The notes: generated by a model not told the origin, from the sequence alone. A stretch of DNA of 64,000 nt from Nitrosopumilus sp. (GCA_965238275.1 OZ250186.1:640001-704000); one strand, 5' to 3'. Counted from the first letter of the stretch, positions 47,329 to 57,476 are shown. A program made the numbers and translations.

Positions 47329-48762
47329 TGTGGGATCCCGAAAGTAGTTCGCCCCCCTCCAAGACTTGGAGGTACTTGCATGTTTGATGTTGCCGGTCGT
47401 TGCATAATTGTCTTACGTCGGATCCTGCGGCCCGGATCACGAATTTTCTTCATTTCCACTCCACGCATGAGATCTTTTCAAAAAATTATGCGCAGTATCC
47501 CCTGTAGATTGCACGAGGCCTGACCGTGTCGGATCGCTGCTATTCTGCGCGGTACTCTTGTCCTGTCTGGCCGTCCACTACCGTCTCCCCAGCCGGGGAC
47601 ATCTTTCTTTTAAACGCCTGCGCCGGTGTCTCAAGGTTGTCCCAGTCAAGGGACATGTGCGGTCGGTCGTGATTGTACCACTCCATGAAACGCTCCACTG
47701 GATCCTTTGATGGTGCGGCGCAAAACGGCCCGCCCACGTGAGAATTCTTTGACGCGCCGCGTCTGATCTTGGAAGATGATGCTGCTGCCTCGAAGCGGTG
47801 CAGCTTGCGTTGCATCTCCCCGTGCAGGCGTTCCAGCTTGCCGTTTGTCTGCGGATGCCTCACGCGGGCCAGGATGTGTTTGATGTCAAGCTCAACTAGC
47901 CTCTGCTCAAACTTGGAGGCTCCCTTCTTCTTGGCCTCTGACTCGGTGGCATAGAACTGGGTGCCGCGGTCCGTCAGGATTGACGCCGGCTTGCCGTGGT
48001 TTTTTATGGCCTCGTCAAGCACCTTCAGGGCGTTTTCGGTGGTCGCCTCCTGGAATACCCCAAAGCCAGTCACGAAGCGCGAGGCGTCGTCCTCGTAGCA
48101 CAAGAACCACCTGCCGTCGTCAAGCTGCTTGTAGTCGGTGTGCCACATCGAGTTGGAGTGCTCGCGCTCGTAGCGGATCCACTTGCGGCGCTGGCTCTTC
48201 TTTGGCTGTGTGTCTGCAAAACCGGCATCCTTCAATATTTTGTGCAGGGTGTTGTGCGGGATATGTATTCCGGCAAGCGACTTTATGATGCGCTCCAAGG
48301 ATGCTGCCCCTTGGACCTCGTTTGATGCCGCCGAGAGGACCGCAGAATGATCCCGTCGTCCGGGCGCGCACTTTTTGGGCCTGCCCATAGGGGCAGGATA
48401 TGCGATTTTGTCCTCGTCTCTGTACCTCTTCCACAGCTTTTGGATCCAGCGGACCGACACCCCCGTGCTTGCAGCAATCTCCTTGTTGCGCGTATTCTTG
48501 CGTTTCTCTCGTATGATCCATTCGACCTTGGCCTGATCCAGCTTTTTCATTACTCGCACTCTCCGTCTTCCTATATGACGCCACACCGCCGAACGTATTC
48601 TCTGACGGACCCACACACCACCGTTTCCAGTAATGGTCATGCTGACTGCACTTCCCATGGATTTCACGTGGGATGCCACGCCGTGGATGATGTCCTTCAT
48701 CGGGAATGTCCACCCGGGGCTCGAGTCTCATGTGGGGGGTGAACTACTTTTGGGACAATACA
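47329..48762 (-). mobile_element. IS481-family element A, copy 1 (1434 bp)
   Basis: TGT...ACA ends with ~28-bp imperfect TIRs; 15-bp TSD AGACGTCCCAGATTG at 47314-28 and 48763-77. Confidence 0.93.
47540..48550 (-). CDS. IS481 transposase A
   Basis: MKKLDQAK HTH; WHTDYK, LTDRG, TNGKLERLH. Confidence 0.92.
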   Translation of the reverse strand: MKKLDQAKVEWIIREKRKNTRNKEIAASTGVSVRWIQKLWKRYRDEDKIAYPAPMGRPKKCAPGRRDHSAVLSAASNEVQGAASLERIIKSLAGIHIPHNTLHKILKDAGFADTQPKKSQRRKWIRYEREHSNSMWHTDYKQLDDGRWFLCYEDDASRFVTGFGVFQEATTENALKVLDEAIKNHGKPASILTDRGTQFYATESEAKKKGASKFEQRLVELDIKHILARVRHPQTNGKLERLHGEMQRKLHRFEAAASSSKIRRGASKNSHVGGPFCAAPSKDPVERFMEWYNHDRPHMSLDWDNLETPAQAFKRKMSPAGETVVDGQTGQEYRAE

Positions 48763-49694
48763 AGACGTCCCAGATTGCCAAAGAGATAGGAGTCTCACAA
48801 AGGCACGTTCAGCGACTGTACGCCCGGTTCTGCAGGACAGAATCCCACCACGTTCCAATGCCAGCGGGAAGAAAGCCCATACGGGCCACCGAAGACGAGA
48901 TACGGCGGGTTCTGGACATGCACGCACGGGAACCGGTAGGCGTGCTGCGCACGGTAGGAAATCTCAAAACAGACTGCGATATAAGCTACAGACGGGCATA
49001 CAGGATCATGAAAGAGCATGGTTTGGTAACGCCCTCGGCTGCAAAGTCAAAGAAGAGAAAGTGGGTCCGTTTTGAGAGGAAATACTCGAACGCAATGTGG
49101 CATGTGGACTGGCACGTCATGAAGGATCCGCGCTTCAGGGGCCTCAACCTGATAACGTACCTGGATGACTCATCCAGATGCATAGCAGCAGCACAGATGT
49201 TCACCGAGGCCACCTCTGAGAACGCGGTGGCCGTGCTGCGAAAGGCGATCGAGACGTTTGGAACACCTGCCACCATACTGTCTGACAACGGCTCATGCTT
49301 TGTAGGCGCGGCAGGCAGGCACAAGAAAGGAAAAGATGGCCGGAGAAGGAAGGCAGCTGCAGGATCATGGCAGCCCACCGCCTTTGAGGCCGAGCTGCTG
49401 GACCGCGGAATTGAACTGATAAACACCCGGCCGTACCATCCACAGACCAACGGAAAGCTGGAGCGGTTCCACCGCAACATAGAGGAAGAGATTTACCATT
49501 ACGAGTCGCTGTCCGACTATGTCCAATACTATAATGAGCGAAGGCTGCACTTTTCACTTGACATGGCAAACCGTGAGACACCGCTCAGAGCGTTTTCCGC
49601 AAGAAAGGCCACAGATGAGATCAGAAAAGACAACCCCCAATGGATGGAGGTAGACACTGATGAGTAGGCGACATTATTTCGGTATACTACACTT

Positions 49695-50069
49695 TCAAGC
49701 GGTTCCTGCATCTGGGGCCTCTACCGGAAGTTCACCGTCAAGCCTGCAGTTAATTTGATAAATCTCCTCTGATATGGTGTTCCCACGCATTAGTTTTCTT
49801 ATCCTCTGGCCCGACTCTGCATCCTGAAGGCCGACTCCCTTGGAGAGCAGGACATGCTTTCTTGCCGCACCGTGAATGTCACTCCGCATCGGAACGCCTG
49901 ATTTGTCAGAACCGCCTGTAATCTTCAGCCTGCCGGGAAACCCCACAACTGACGCATCCGTCTCGTCACCCACCTGCAGGCCAAGCAGGGGGCTTGCATC
50001 GCTGTCCTTGAGCTCCTTTGAGACTGCCTTTCCTTTAGTGTCTGATATCGTTATCTTGAAGTTTACCAA
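49695..50069 (-). CDS. rps6e: 30S ribosomal protein S6e
   Basis: LKITGGSDKSGVPMR, RIRKLMRGN. Confidence 0.95.
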   Translation of the reverse strand: MVNFKITISDTKGKAVSKELKDSDASPLLGLQVGDETDASVVGFPGRLKITGGSDKSGVPMRSDIHGAARKHVLLSKGVGLQDAESGQRIRKLMRGNTISEEIYQINCRLDGELPVEAPDAGTA

Positions 50070-50123
50070 GCATTCCCAAAAAAAATTGCACGACTAATTA
50101 ATCTTTGGAACATTGTTCCGGAT

Positions 50124-51179
50124 TGTATTGTAACGAAATTATGTCCACCTATTCTTCGACGCACCCTGCATGACTTCATTAGGCTGCACCGATCAGGACG
50201 ACCAATGCCGACCAAACTTGATGATGCCAAAATCAAGTACGTCATCCGCGAGAAGAAGAAAGGGACATCCAACACAAAGATAGCAGACGGTGTGAGGATA
50301 AGCACCCGTCATGTGCGCCGCCTCTGGTCCCTGTACGAGGCGACAGGATCATTACCTGTCATCAAGAGCGCAGGCAGACCAGCTGCCAAGATATCCGATG
50401 AGGATGTCAGGCGGGTGCTGGATGCGTATGGGAACGAGGGTGCTGGTGTGGGACGTGTTGCCAAGGCACTGAGGCATCAAAACATAAGCGGGCGGACCGT
50501 ATACAAGGTGATGAAGGAACACGGGTTGGTGGAACCGTGCCCCACCAAATCAAAGAAACGCAAGTGGGTAAGGTACGAACGCCTTCACTCAAACTCCATG
50601 TGGCACACGGACTGGCACGTGATGAAAGACTACCGCATGAAGGATCTGAGCCTGATCACGTACTTGGACGACGCCTCAAGATGCGTGACAGGGTTTGGCC
50701 TGTTTGATGAGGCTACCGGCCAGAACGCCGTGCAGGTGCTCAGGCAGGCCGTCCAAGCATTTGGCGTCCCGTCATCCATCCTGTCCGATAACGGTTCGTG
50801 TTTTGTGGGAGTTCGAAGGGGCACGCCAAAGGGATCCTGGAGACCCACCATCTTTGAAAACGAGCTGTTGGATCTTGACATACACCTAATCAACTCCAGG
50901 CCATACCACCCCCAGACCAACGGCAAGCTAGAGCGGTTCCACCGAACCATTGAGGACGAGGTAGGACGGCACGACAGCTTGGAAGATTTCATCACATTCT
51001 ACAACGAGAGACGATTGCACTGGTCACTTGACATAGATAATTGCCAGACGCCTCTCAAGGCGTTCCATGACAAGGCAGCAGACGAATCCACAAGAGCTAC
51101 CAACCCAAACTGGATGGAGGCGGATGTCCATGGATAAACAGCCACCAAATGGGGGCGGACATAATTTCGTTACAATACA
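50124..51179 (+). mobile_element. IS481-family element C
   Basis: Perfect 23-bp TIR TGTATTGTAACGAAATTATGTCC; 15-bp TSD AACATTGTTCCGGAT at 50109-23 and 51180-94. Confidence 0.92.
50205..51137 (+). CDS. IS481 transposase C
   Basis: WHTDWH, LSDNG, TNGKLERFH. Confidence 0.92.
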   Translation: MPTKLDDAKIKYVIREKKKGTSNTKIADGVRISTRHVRRLWSLYEATGSLPVIKSAGRPAAKISDEDVRRVLDAYGNEGAGVGRVAKALRHQNISGRTVYKVMKEHGLVEPCPTKSKKRKWVRYERLHSNSMWHTDWHVMKDYRMKDLSLITYLDDASRCVTGFGLFDEATGQNAVQVLRQAVQAFGVPSSILSDNGSCFVGVRRGTPKGSWRPTIFENELLDLDIHLINSRPYHPQTNGKLERFHRTIEDEVGRHDSLEDFITFYNERRLHWSLDIDNCQTPLKAFHDKAADESTRATNPNWMEADVHG

Positions 51180-51193
51180 AACATTGTTCCGGA

Positions 51194-52627
51194 TGTATTG
51201 TCCCAAAAGTAGTTCACCCCCCACATGAGACTCGAGCCCCGGGTGGACATTCCCGATGAAGGACATCATCCACGGCGTGGCATCCCACGTGAAATCCATG
51301 GGAAGTGCAGTCAGCATGACCATTACTGGAAACGGTGGTGTGTGGGTCCGTCAGAGAATACGTTCGGCGGTGTGGCGTCATATAGGAAGACGGAGAGTGC
51401 GAGTAATGAAAAAGCTGGATCAGGCCAAGGTCGAATGGATCATACGAGAGAAACGCAAGAATACGCGCAACAAGGAGATTGCTGCAAGCACGGGGGTGTC
51501 GGTCCGCTGGATCCAAAAGCTGTGGAAGAGGTACAGAGACGAGGACAAAATCGCATATCCTGCCCCTATGGGCAGGCCCAAAAAGTGCGCGCCCGGACGA
51601 CGGGATCATTCTGCGGTCCTCTCGGCGGCATCAAACGAGGTCCAAGGGGCAGCATCCTTGGAGCGCATCATAAAGTCGCTTGCCGGAATACATATCCCGC
51701 ACAACACCCTGCACAAAATATTGAAGGATGCCGGTTTTGCAGACACACAGCCAAAGAAGAGCCAGCGCCGCAAGTGGATCCGCTACGAGCGCGAGCACTC
51801 CAACTCGATGTGGCACACCGACTACAAGCAGCTTGACGACGGCAGGTGGTTCTTGTGCTACGAGGACGACGCCTCGCGCTTCGTGACTGGCTTTGGGGTA
51901 TTCCAGGAGGCGACCACCGAAAACGCCCTGAAGGTGCTTGACGAGGCCATAAAAAACCACGGCAAGCCGGCGTCAATCCTGACGGACCGCGGCACCCAGT
52001 TCTATGCCACCGAGTCAGAGGCCAAGAAGAAGGGAGCCTCCAAGTTTGAGCAGAGGCTAGTTGAGCTTGACATCAAACACATCCTGGCCCGCGTGAGGCA
52101 TCCGCAGACAAACGGCAAGCTGGAACGCCTGCACGGGGAGATGCAACGCAAGCTGCACCGCTTCGAGGCAGCAGCATCATCTTCCAAGATCAGACGCGGC
52201 GCGTCAAAGAATTCTCACGTGGGCGGGCCGTTTTGCGCCGCACCATCAAAGGATCCAGTGGAGCGTTTCATGGAGTGGTACAATCACGACCGACCGCACA
52301 TGTCCCTTGACTGGGACAACCTTGAGACACCGGCGCAGGCGTTTAAAAGAAAGATGTCCCCGGCTGGGGAGACGGTAGTGGACGGCCAGACAGGACAAGA
52401 GTACCGCGCAGAATAGCAGCGATCCGACACGGTCAGGCCTCGTGCAATCTACAGGGGATACTGCGCATAATTTTTTGAAAAGATCTCATGCGTGGAGTGG
52501 AAATGAAGAAAATTCGTGATCCGGGCCGCAGGATCCGACGTAAGACAATTATGCAACGACCGGCAACATCAAACATGCAAGTACCTCCAAGTCTTGGAGG
52601 GGGGCGAACTACTTTCGGGATCCCACA
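51194..52627 (+). mobile_element. IS481-family element A, copy 2 (1434 bp, inverted relative to copy 1)
   Basis: Same length and identical translations to copy 1; flanked by AACATTGTTCCGG at 51180-92 and 52628-40. Confidence 0.93.
51406..52416 (+). CDS. IS481 transposase A
   Basis: Identical translation to 47540-48550. Confidence 0.92.
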   Translation: MKKLDQAKVEWIIREKRKNTRNKEIAASTGVSVRWIQKLWKRYRDEDKIAYPAPMGRPKKCAPGRRDHSAVLSAASNEVQGAASLERIIKSLAGIHIPHNTLHKILKDAGFADTQPKKSQRRKWIRYEREHSNSMWHTDYKQLDDGRWFLCYEDDASRFVTGFGVFQEATTENALKVLDEAIKNHGKPASILTDRGTQFYATESEAKKKGASKFEQRLVELDIKHILARVRHPQTNGKLERLHGEMQRKLHRFEAAASSSKIRRGASKNSHVGGPFCAAPSKDPVERFMEWYNHDRPHMSLDWDNLETPAQAFKRKMSPAGETVVDGQTGQEYRAE

Positions 52628-52715
52628 AACATTGTTCCGGTAAGTGGTTGGGTTTACGTCTAATTCCACAATGTTGCAGACATCGAACCTAAACAGTTAG
52701 GGGTTCTGCCCGAAC

Positions 52716-52889
52716 CTACAGTCCTGACCTGTCAGGAATATAGTCCGTGGCCATGTTCACTGCCTGGTCCTTCATGATCTCGATATAGTCGTCATACTCT
52801 GCCTCAAAGTTGCAGTGGGGGCAACTTACCTTCGTAATCTCGTCGTCTAGGACCGCGACTTTTTCGCACTCCGGACACCTTGCATCCAT
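52716..52889 (-). CDS. Small zinc-ribbon protein, 57 aa (absent from the ORF track)
   Basis: MDARCPECEKVAVLDDEITKVSCPHCNFEAEYDDYIEIMKDQA... Confidence 0.8.
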   Translation of the reverse strand: MDARCPECEKVAVLDDEITKVSCPHCNFEAEYDDYIEIMKDQAVNMATDYIPDRSGL

Positions 52890-52941
52890 ACCGTATCATG
52901 TTTCCCAAGATATTTAATCATACTTGACATAGACCCCGCAC

Positions 52942-53015
52942 GCGGAGTTAGTTTAGCCCGGTATGACGTCAGCTTCCCAAGCTGAAGGCCGCGGGTTCAA
53001 ATCCCGCACTCCGCA
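52942..53015 (+). tRNA. tRNA-Gly (anticodon CCC), no intron, CCA not encoded
   Basis: Acceptor GCGGAGT/ACTCCGC; anticodon arm TCAGC-TTCCCAA-GCTGA; T-arm GCGGG-TTCAAAT-CCCGC. Confidence 0.96.
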
Positions 53016-53969
53016 TCACAACTCCCTGATTGCCTGCTCGATGACTCCTCTGTCTGGTGCGCGCGGAAGATGCCTCAGATACCTCTTGAGATCATCCCTT
53101 GCCTTTGGGCCGTCCCCCTGCTGCTGCATCAGATAGGCCCTGTTCTTGTAGATTCTGGCCGATCTCTTCGGGTTGATTCCGATGGCCTTTGTATAGTATG
53201 ACCCTGCCTTTCCAAACTGTTTTGTCTTGAGGTAGTAATTTCCAAGACCGTTGCATGCAAGGTACGCCCTGTCGTTGATCTCCAGGCACCTCTGATAGAA
53301 CTTTACGCATTCAGGCAGGTTCTGCTCGTTCATCATTCCGCCAAGCATCTGTTGTGCAGTCGGGTTGTCCGGATCCTGCCTTGCAGCCTCCTTCAGCGAT
53401 GTCACTGCCCCGGCGCGGTCCCCCAGTATGGACTGCCTCTCTGCTTCCAGGCATAGCCGGTTTGACCTGCTGCCTGACTCGTTTTCGGGCCTTGCACCCG
53501 ACAGGACATCCGGCGGGGCCAGCAGAATCAGTAGCCGTCCGTCCTCGGACCACTCCTGTTCAAAGACACCCCGGGGTATTGCACCCTCCTGCTGTTCTCC
53601 CTCTGCAGTGCCTGTCTGGATGTAGTGTAGTATGCTCTCCTCGTCATAACCCGTAATTACTGAGGCGTGGTGGGTGATCTCCGGGATTCCCGGCAGGATG
53701 ACTATCGGGGGAATCCCCAGATCGATAACCCTCTTCAGTTCCCGCACTGATGAGCGTACCATCATGCATTCAAGGCCGTGCCGTTCTGCCATCTCTATTC
53801 CCTCAATCAGGACACTTCCATCAAACCCCTGGTATCTTTTTGCCGTCCTGGCTGCCTCTTCTATGGGCAGGTTGACATTCCAGTATCTCGACACTACGTT
53901 GATTGGCAGCGGAAGACAGATGTTCTCCCTGTCCACCAACGGCAGGATGAGCTCGTTGCTGTCTTCCAT
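53016..53969 (-). CDS. Peptidase C39-like domain plus TPR repeats
   Basis: ENICLP (Cys), HHASVITGYD (His/Asp), C-terminal TPRs. Confidence 0.8.
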   Translation of the reverse strand: MEDSNELILPLVDRENICLPLPINVVSRYWNVNLPIEEAARTAKRYQGFDGSVLIEGIEMAERHGLECMMVRSSVRELKRVIDLGIPPIVILPGIPEITHHASVITGYDEESILHYIQTGTAEGEQQEGAIPRGVFEQEWSEDGRLLILLAPPDVLSGARPENESGSRSNRLCLEAERQSILGDRAGAVTSLKEAARQDPDNPTAQQMLGGMMNEQNLPECVKFYQRCLEINDRAYLACNGLGNYYLKTKQFGKAGSYYTKAIGINPKRSARIYKNRAYLMQQQGDGPKARDDLKRYLRHLPRAPDRGVIEQAIREL

Positions 53970-53999
53970 GGGACTGGTGAATCATACGAGTTATTAAAA

Positions 54000-54542
54000 T
54001 CATAGCAGACAGAATCTTCTTATGAGATCGCAGCCGTCTGTGCTCATCTCGGGATGGAACTGCGTTCCAAAGATGTCTCCCTTCTGGTGCATGATGATCT
54101 CATACCTGCCACCAGCAGACTCTGCAACCGGCACCAACGTTCCGGGCAGCCTGGATATCTCATACCCGTGACTCTCATAGACGTTCATGATGCCTTCTGA
54201 TATGGGATTCTCCATCGTGGTCATGACTGCCTGCCTGCCCTTCTGCAGTCTGTCTGTTCTCCTTATGGTTCCGCCCAGAGTCAGTGCCAGAATCTCTGCA
54301 CCATAACAGATTCCCAGCAGCTTTGCACCGCTCCCTATGGCATGTGTGATGACCCTTGAGTTGATCTCGTTGATACGCCTCTCGTTTCTCCTCCTTCCTG
54401 AGAGGATTACCGAGTCAAAATCTCCAAGGGAGTCCTGCCTGAGATCATACGGAGCCTGCGTCTGGAACCGAACCCCCGCATCCTCCAGCAGGCAGGTCAG
54501 ATTCTCTGTGTATATGGAGCCGTTGTCGACTACCAGTAGCAA
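54000..54542 (-). CDS. Class I glutamine amidotransferase (GMP synthase subunit A-like)
   Basis: VVDNGS, LGICYG, QFHPE. Confidence 0.88.
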   Translation of the reverse strand: MLLVVDNGSIYTENLTCLLEDAGVRFQTQAPYDLRQDSLGDFDSVILSGRRRNERRINEINSRVITHAIGSGAKLLGICYGAEILALTLGGTIRRTDRLQKGRQAVMTTMENPISEGIMNVYESHGYEISRLPGTLVPVAESAGGRYEIIMHQKGDIFGTQFHPEMSTDGCDLIRRFCLL

Positions 54543-57401
54543 CTAATTGCCTACCTCGATGGTGACAAAGTGCATCTCTGGTACGTCGTCCCTCACTATT
54601 ATGGTCCCGATATTGAAGTTGTTGTCGTCATCCCACACAAAGACCCGCTCGCTGCGCGGCGTGACAAAGTCGTCAATGAAGCCCAGCAGAAGCTCCTCTA
54701 CGTCTTCACGCTCGTCCTCTGTAAAGAAGAATATCTCTCCTTGGTTGAATTCAAGCGGAACCCGTATCGATGTCGGCTCTGCAACCATTATCTCGTTCTC
54801 CTCGAATACGGCCTTTATGATGTCGACTCTGGCGGCCCTGTCAAGCTCTATGAAGCCCTCGTCGGCTGCCACCGCGGTAGCAACTCCTGAGACCTTCTTG
54901 AGGTATGCCTCAAAGGCTTCTTGCTGGGTGTCGCCAAGTCCTACAAAGTATTCGCCGTTGAAGGCAGCGCCCACGGCTGCAATGGTTCCCAGCTGGGCTA
55001 CCACGCCTCCGGCTCCTGCCGTATACACCGGAATGAAGTAGATGTCCTGATCGCCTACCCGGTACAGGATGTTGTCACCAATTCTGGGGTTTCTCAGCAG
55101 CGTGTTTAGCTGCGCAAACTCGGGATCCCTGTCAAGTGCCTCCCGGACCGCAGTAGGACCGATCAGCTTGGTGGTGGAGTTGAGCGGAACCTCGTAGAAC
55201 TGCAGGTCTCCCAGGTTGGCAAGATCGTTTTCTACCACCATGTATCCTGCAAGGTTCCGGCCCTGCGAGCCCCTCAACTCAAGCGAGAGCAGTCCTAGGA
55301 ACTCTGTGCGCTCAAACCCTGGCGGCTTTGCCTCTACATAGTAAGTGTCAAGTCCGCGCGGAATCTCATAGAACTCGTTTGCCTGGATGAACGTATCGAT
55401 GCTGGTCACGTGATAGATGTTGTACATCTCAGTCTTCCAGTTGAAGAGCTCCGCCGGATACCTGATCTGCTCCTCAAGCCATGCAGGCATAGGCTGGAAC
55501 TGTTCTTCGTACTGTTCATAGAATATCTCTGTGAAAAAGTCATCACCGGTCTTGAGCAACTGGATGTTGCCATCGTACGAATCCACCAGGGCATATCCCA
55601 CAAGCCGCAGGTACGGATTGCCTACGGACCAGGGGACATTGTGGGTGTCAAATCCGATTATCAGCGGGATCAGCCAGTATGAGTTTGTTCCGTCAGTAAC
55701 AGGAAGCGAGTCCAGCTCCGTCCCAAACAGGTTGTAAAGGAAGTAAGGGTACAGCGTGGACATTCTGTCATTGACGTCCTTGTACCTCATGATATGCACC
55801 GCGTCAGCAGGATACGAAAGCAGGAAGTTTGGCTCAAATATCCAGCTTAGCGGAGGCGGAACATCCAGCCCTCCTATGCCAGAATAGAATGCGTTGCCCA
55901 GCTCGTCAGTCTCCGCGCCGCGGGACGTGGGGTATCCCGACCATTTCGTCTCAAACAGTCCGCCCTCCCCATAGTAGATCTCCCTCTGCTGGAAGAACTG
56001 GCTACTGTCGACAATCTGGCCTTCGGTTGCCTCAAGAGTGAGAAATCCGTTGGGAACGTGGGTGTATACGAGGTGCTCGTTATACCACAGGTTGTCTGCC
56101 GCCACCGATGAGGGTATGACGGGTTTCATCGACGCAGTCCAGTACAGCGTGTCGTTGAATCGAAGAATGTCGTTGTCCTCAAAGTCCACGTACGGGATGA
56201 GTCCTATCTCCGGCTTCAGCTTGGCAAATGCCGCCTGCCAGTCCCAGATCCGGATGACATCCAGTACGTCGCTGTTCTGTTCTACGTAGTTGTCTATGTT
56301 GTTGGGCGATACCGATGTAATCTGGACATCGTGGGTGTTCTCCTGGATATCGTTTAGTTGGCCAAGATACCTGTTCACTCCTATCTGCTGGGCCGTGTAC
56401 GGACCAAGATACTCTATCTTCTTTGCGTCTGCTATGCTGTCGTTTACTGTAATGACTACGAGGATGGCTATGGCAATCGCAACTGTGGTTAGGAATCTGA
56501 TGTATACGTCCCGCTTGAACATGTGCGTCAGCACGCGCGCCCGTATCCTGTCAATGATTGAAAAGACGATTAGTGCCGCCCCGATGAGCAGCGTCCCCCC
56601 GACGACATACTTTGTGTTGTAATCAATCTGGTCTACAAAGAAGGAGTTCATTCCCGCCCAGAGCACGGCAATCCCGGCAATCCCCTCGATAGTCGAGACA
56701 TAGTTGAGGTATCTTGGCTTTCCATCCACCGAGTCCCTGATGTATGATGTAATTACATCGATGATCCTGTGAACCCCGACGTAGAGGACTATGCGCAGGC
56801 CTGCTGCTGCAAGGACTGCTGGAATCAGTATCACCAGAGCCGGAATCATCGGCACCACATTCTCTACGGCATAACTTGGCTCCGTACCCGGGTTTACAAA
56901 CGGCAGCGCGAAGATCTCTGGAATGTTCTCTATTCCAAGCGTGTTCCCCTCAAAGAACGCGACTGCGGCAAACCCGAACATGATGTTTGAAAAGAACGCA
57001 CCAAACAGCAGAATCTTGGTGACCTGCCAGATGCCAAACTGCACCGGCGAGAGCTTGTACTCCTTGAACCTCGCTATGCTTGACGCAAGAGGCTGCTGTC
57101 CTCCCTTGCCAAGGTGCCCTATGGTGGTGTTGACTATATACCAGAAGATCGACGCCCTGCCTGCAACATTTACACGTACAAGGGCAATTGCGGCAAGAAT
57201 GATGGTGGAGACAAGCGTGTAGTAGAGCGGCTTGCTGAACTGCTCGCCAAACTCTGTAAAGTTCATCGACAGTATGACTGCCTGGTTTCCCACCATTGCA
57301 AAGATCGCAACTGCGATGATTGCTACTATGATCAGCCTGAGATACCTGCCAGTATCCGGTGGCGGGGTCTGCTTGTCTGTAGCGGCGCTATACAAAATCA
57401 A
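54543..57401 (-). CDS. UPF0182 family membrane protein
   Basis: N-terminal multi-TM; IRIWD, HLVYTH, IYYGE, LVDSYDG, IRYP, RNLAG. Confidence 0.85.
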   Translation of the reverse strand: MILYSAATDKQTPPPDTGRYLRLIIVAIIAVAIFAMVGNQAVILSMNFTEFGEQFSKPLYYTLVSTIILAAIALVRVNVAGRASIFWYIVNTTIGHLGKGGQQPLASSIARFKEYKLSPVQFGIWQVTKILLFGAFFSNIMFGFAAVAFFEGNTLGIENIPEIFALPFVNPGTEPSYAVENVVPMIPALVILIPAVLAAAGLRIVLYVGVHRIIDVITSYIRDSVDGKPRYLNYVSTIEGIAGIAVLWAGMNSFFVDQIDYNTKYVVGGTLLIGAALIVFSIIDRIRARVLTHMFKRDVYIRFLTTVAIAIAILVVITVNDSIADAKKIEYLGPYTAQQIGVNRYLGQLNDIQENTHDVQITSVSPNNIDNYVEQNSDVLDVIRIWDWQAAFAKLKPEIGLIPYVDFEDNDILRFNDTLYWTASMKPVIPSSVAADNLWYNEHLVYTHVPNGFLTLEATEGQIVDSSQFFQQREIYYGEGGLFETKWSGYPTSRGAETDELGNAFYSGIGGLDVPPPLSWIFEPNFLLSYPADAVHIMRYKDVNDRMSTLYPYFLYNLFGTELDSLPVTDGTNSYWLIPLIIGFDTHNVPWSVGNPYLRLVGYALVDSYDGNIQLLKTGDDFFTEIFYEQYEEQFQPMPAWLEEQIRYPAELFNWKTEMYNIYHVTSIDTFIQANEFYEIPRGLDTYYVEAKPPGFERTEFLGLLSLELRGSQGRNLAGYMVVENDLANLGDLQFYEVPLNSTTKLIGPTAVREALDRDPEFAQLNTLLRNPRIGDNILYRVGDQDIYFIPVYTAGAGGVVAQLGTIAAVGAAFNGEYFVGLGDTQQEAFEAYLKKVSGVATAVAADEGFIELDRAARVDIIKAVFEENEIMVAEPTSIRVPLEFNQGEIFFFTEDEREDVEELLLGFIDDFVTPRSERVFVWDDDNNFNIGTIIVRDDVPEMHFVTIEVGN

Positions 57402-57476
57402 CCTCTATTGCCGCATGGTAAATTAATGTCTTACCAGCGTCGTGTGGAGTGGTGGCATATGTGCCCTGCCTGACAT

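Larger units (their letters stand above)
47250..49667 (+). pseudogene. IS481 transposase B, interrupted near its 5' end by element A
   Basis: TTG 47250 LIKRLTAKTIRYAVTQCRKGQKTSQI|AKEIGVSQRHV; WHVDWH, LSDNG, TNGKLERFH. Confidence 0.85.
47169..49691 (+). mobile_element. IS481-family element B (host of nested element A)
   Basis: Ends TCTATTGTACCGAAATTAGGTCG / TGTAGTATACCGAAATAATGTCG; 15-bp TSD CTTTCAAGCGGTTCC at 47154-68 and 49692-706. Confidence 0.88.

Noticed and set aside
50109-52640. Three AACATTGTTCCGG repeats (or the 41-bp and 62-bp repeats) as a CRISPR array
   Set aside because: Spacing is kilobases or zero, the 13-bp copies are explained as TSDs, and there are no cas genes.
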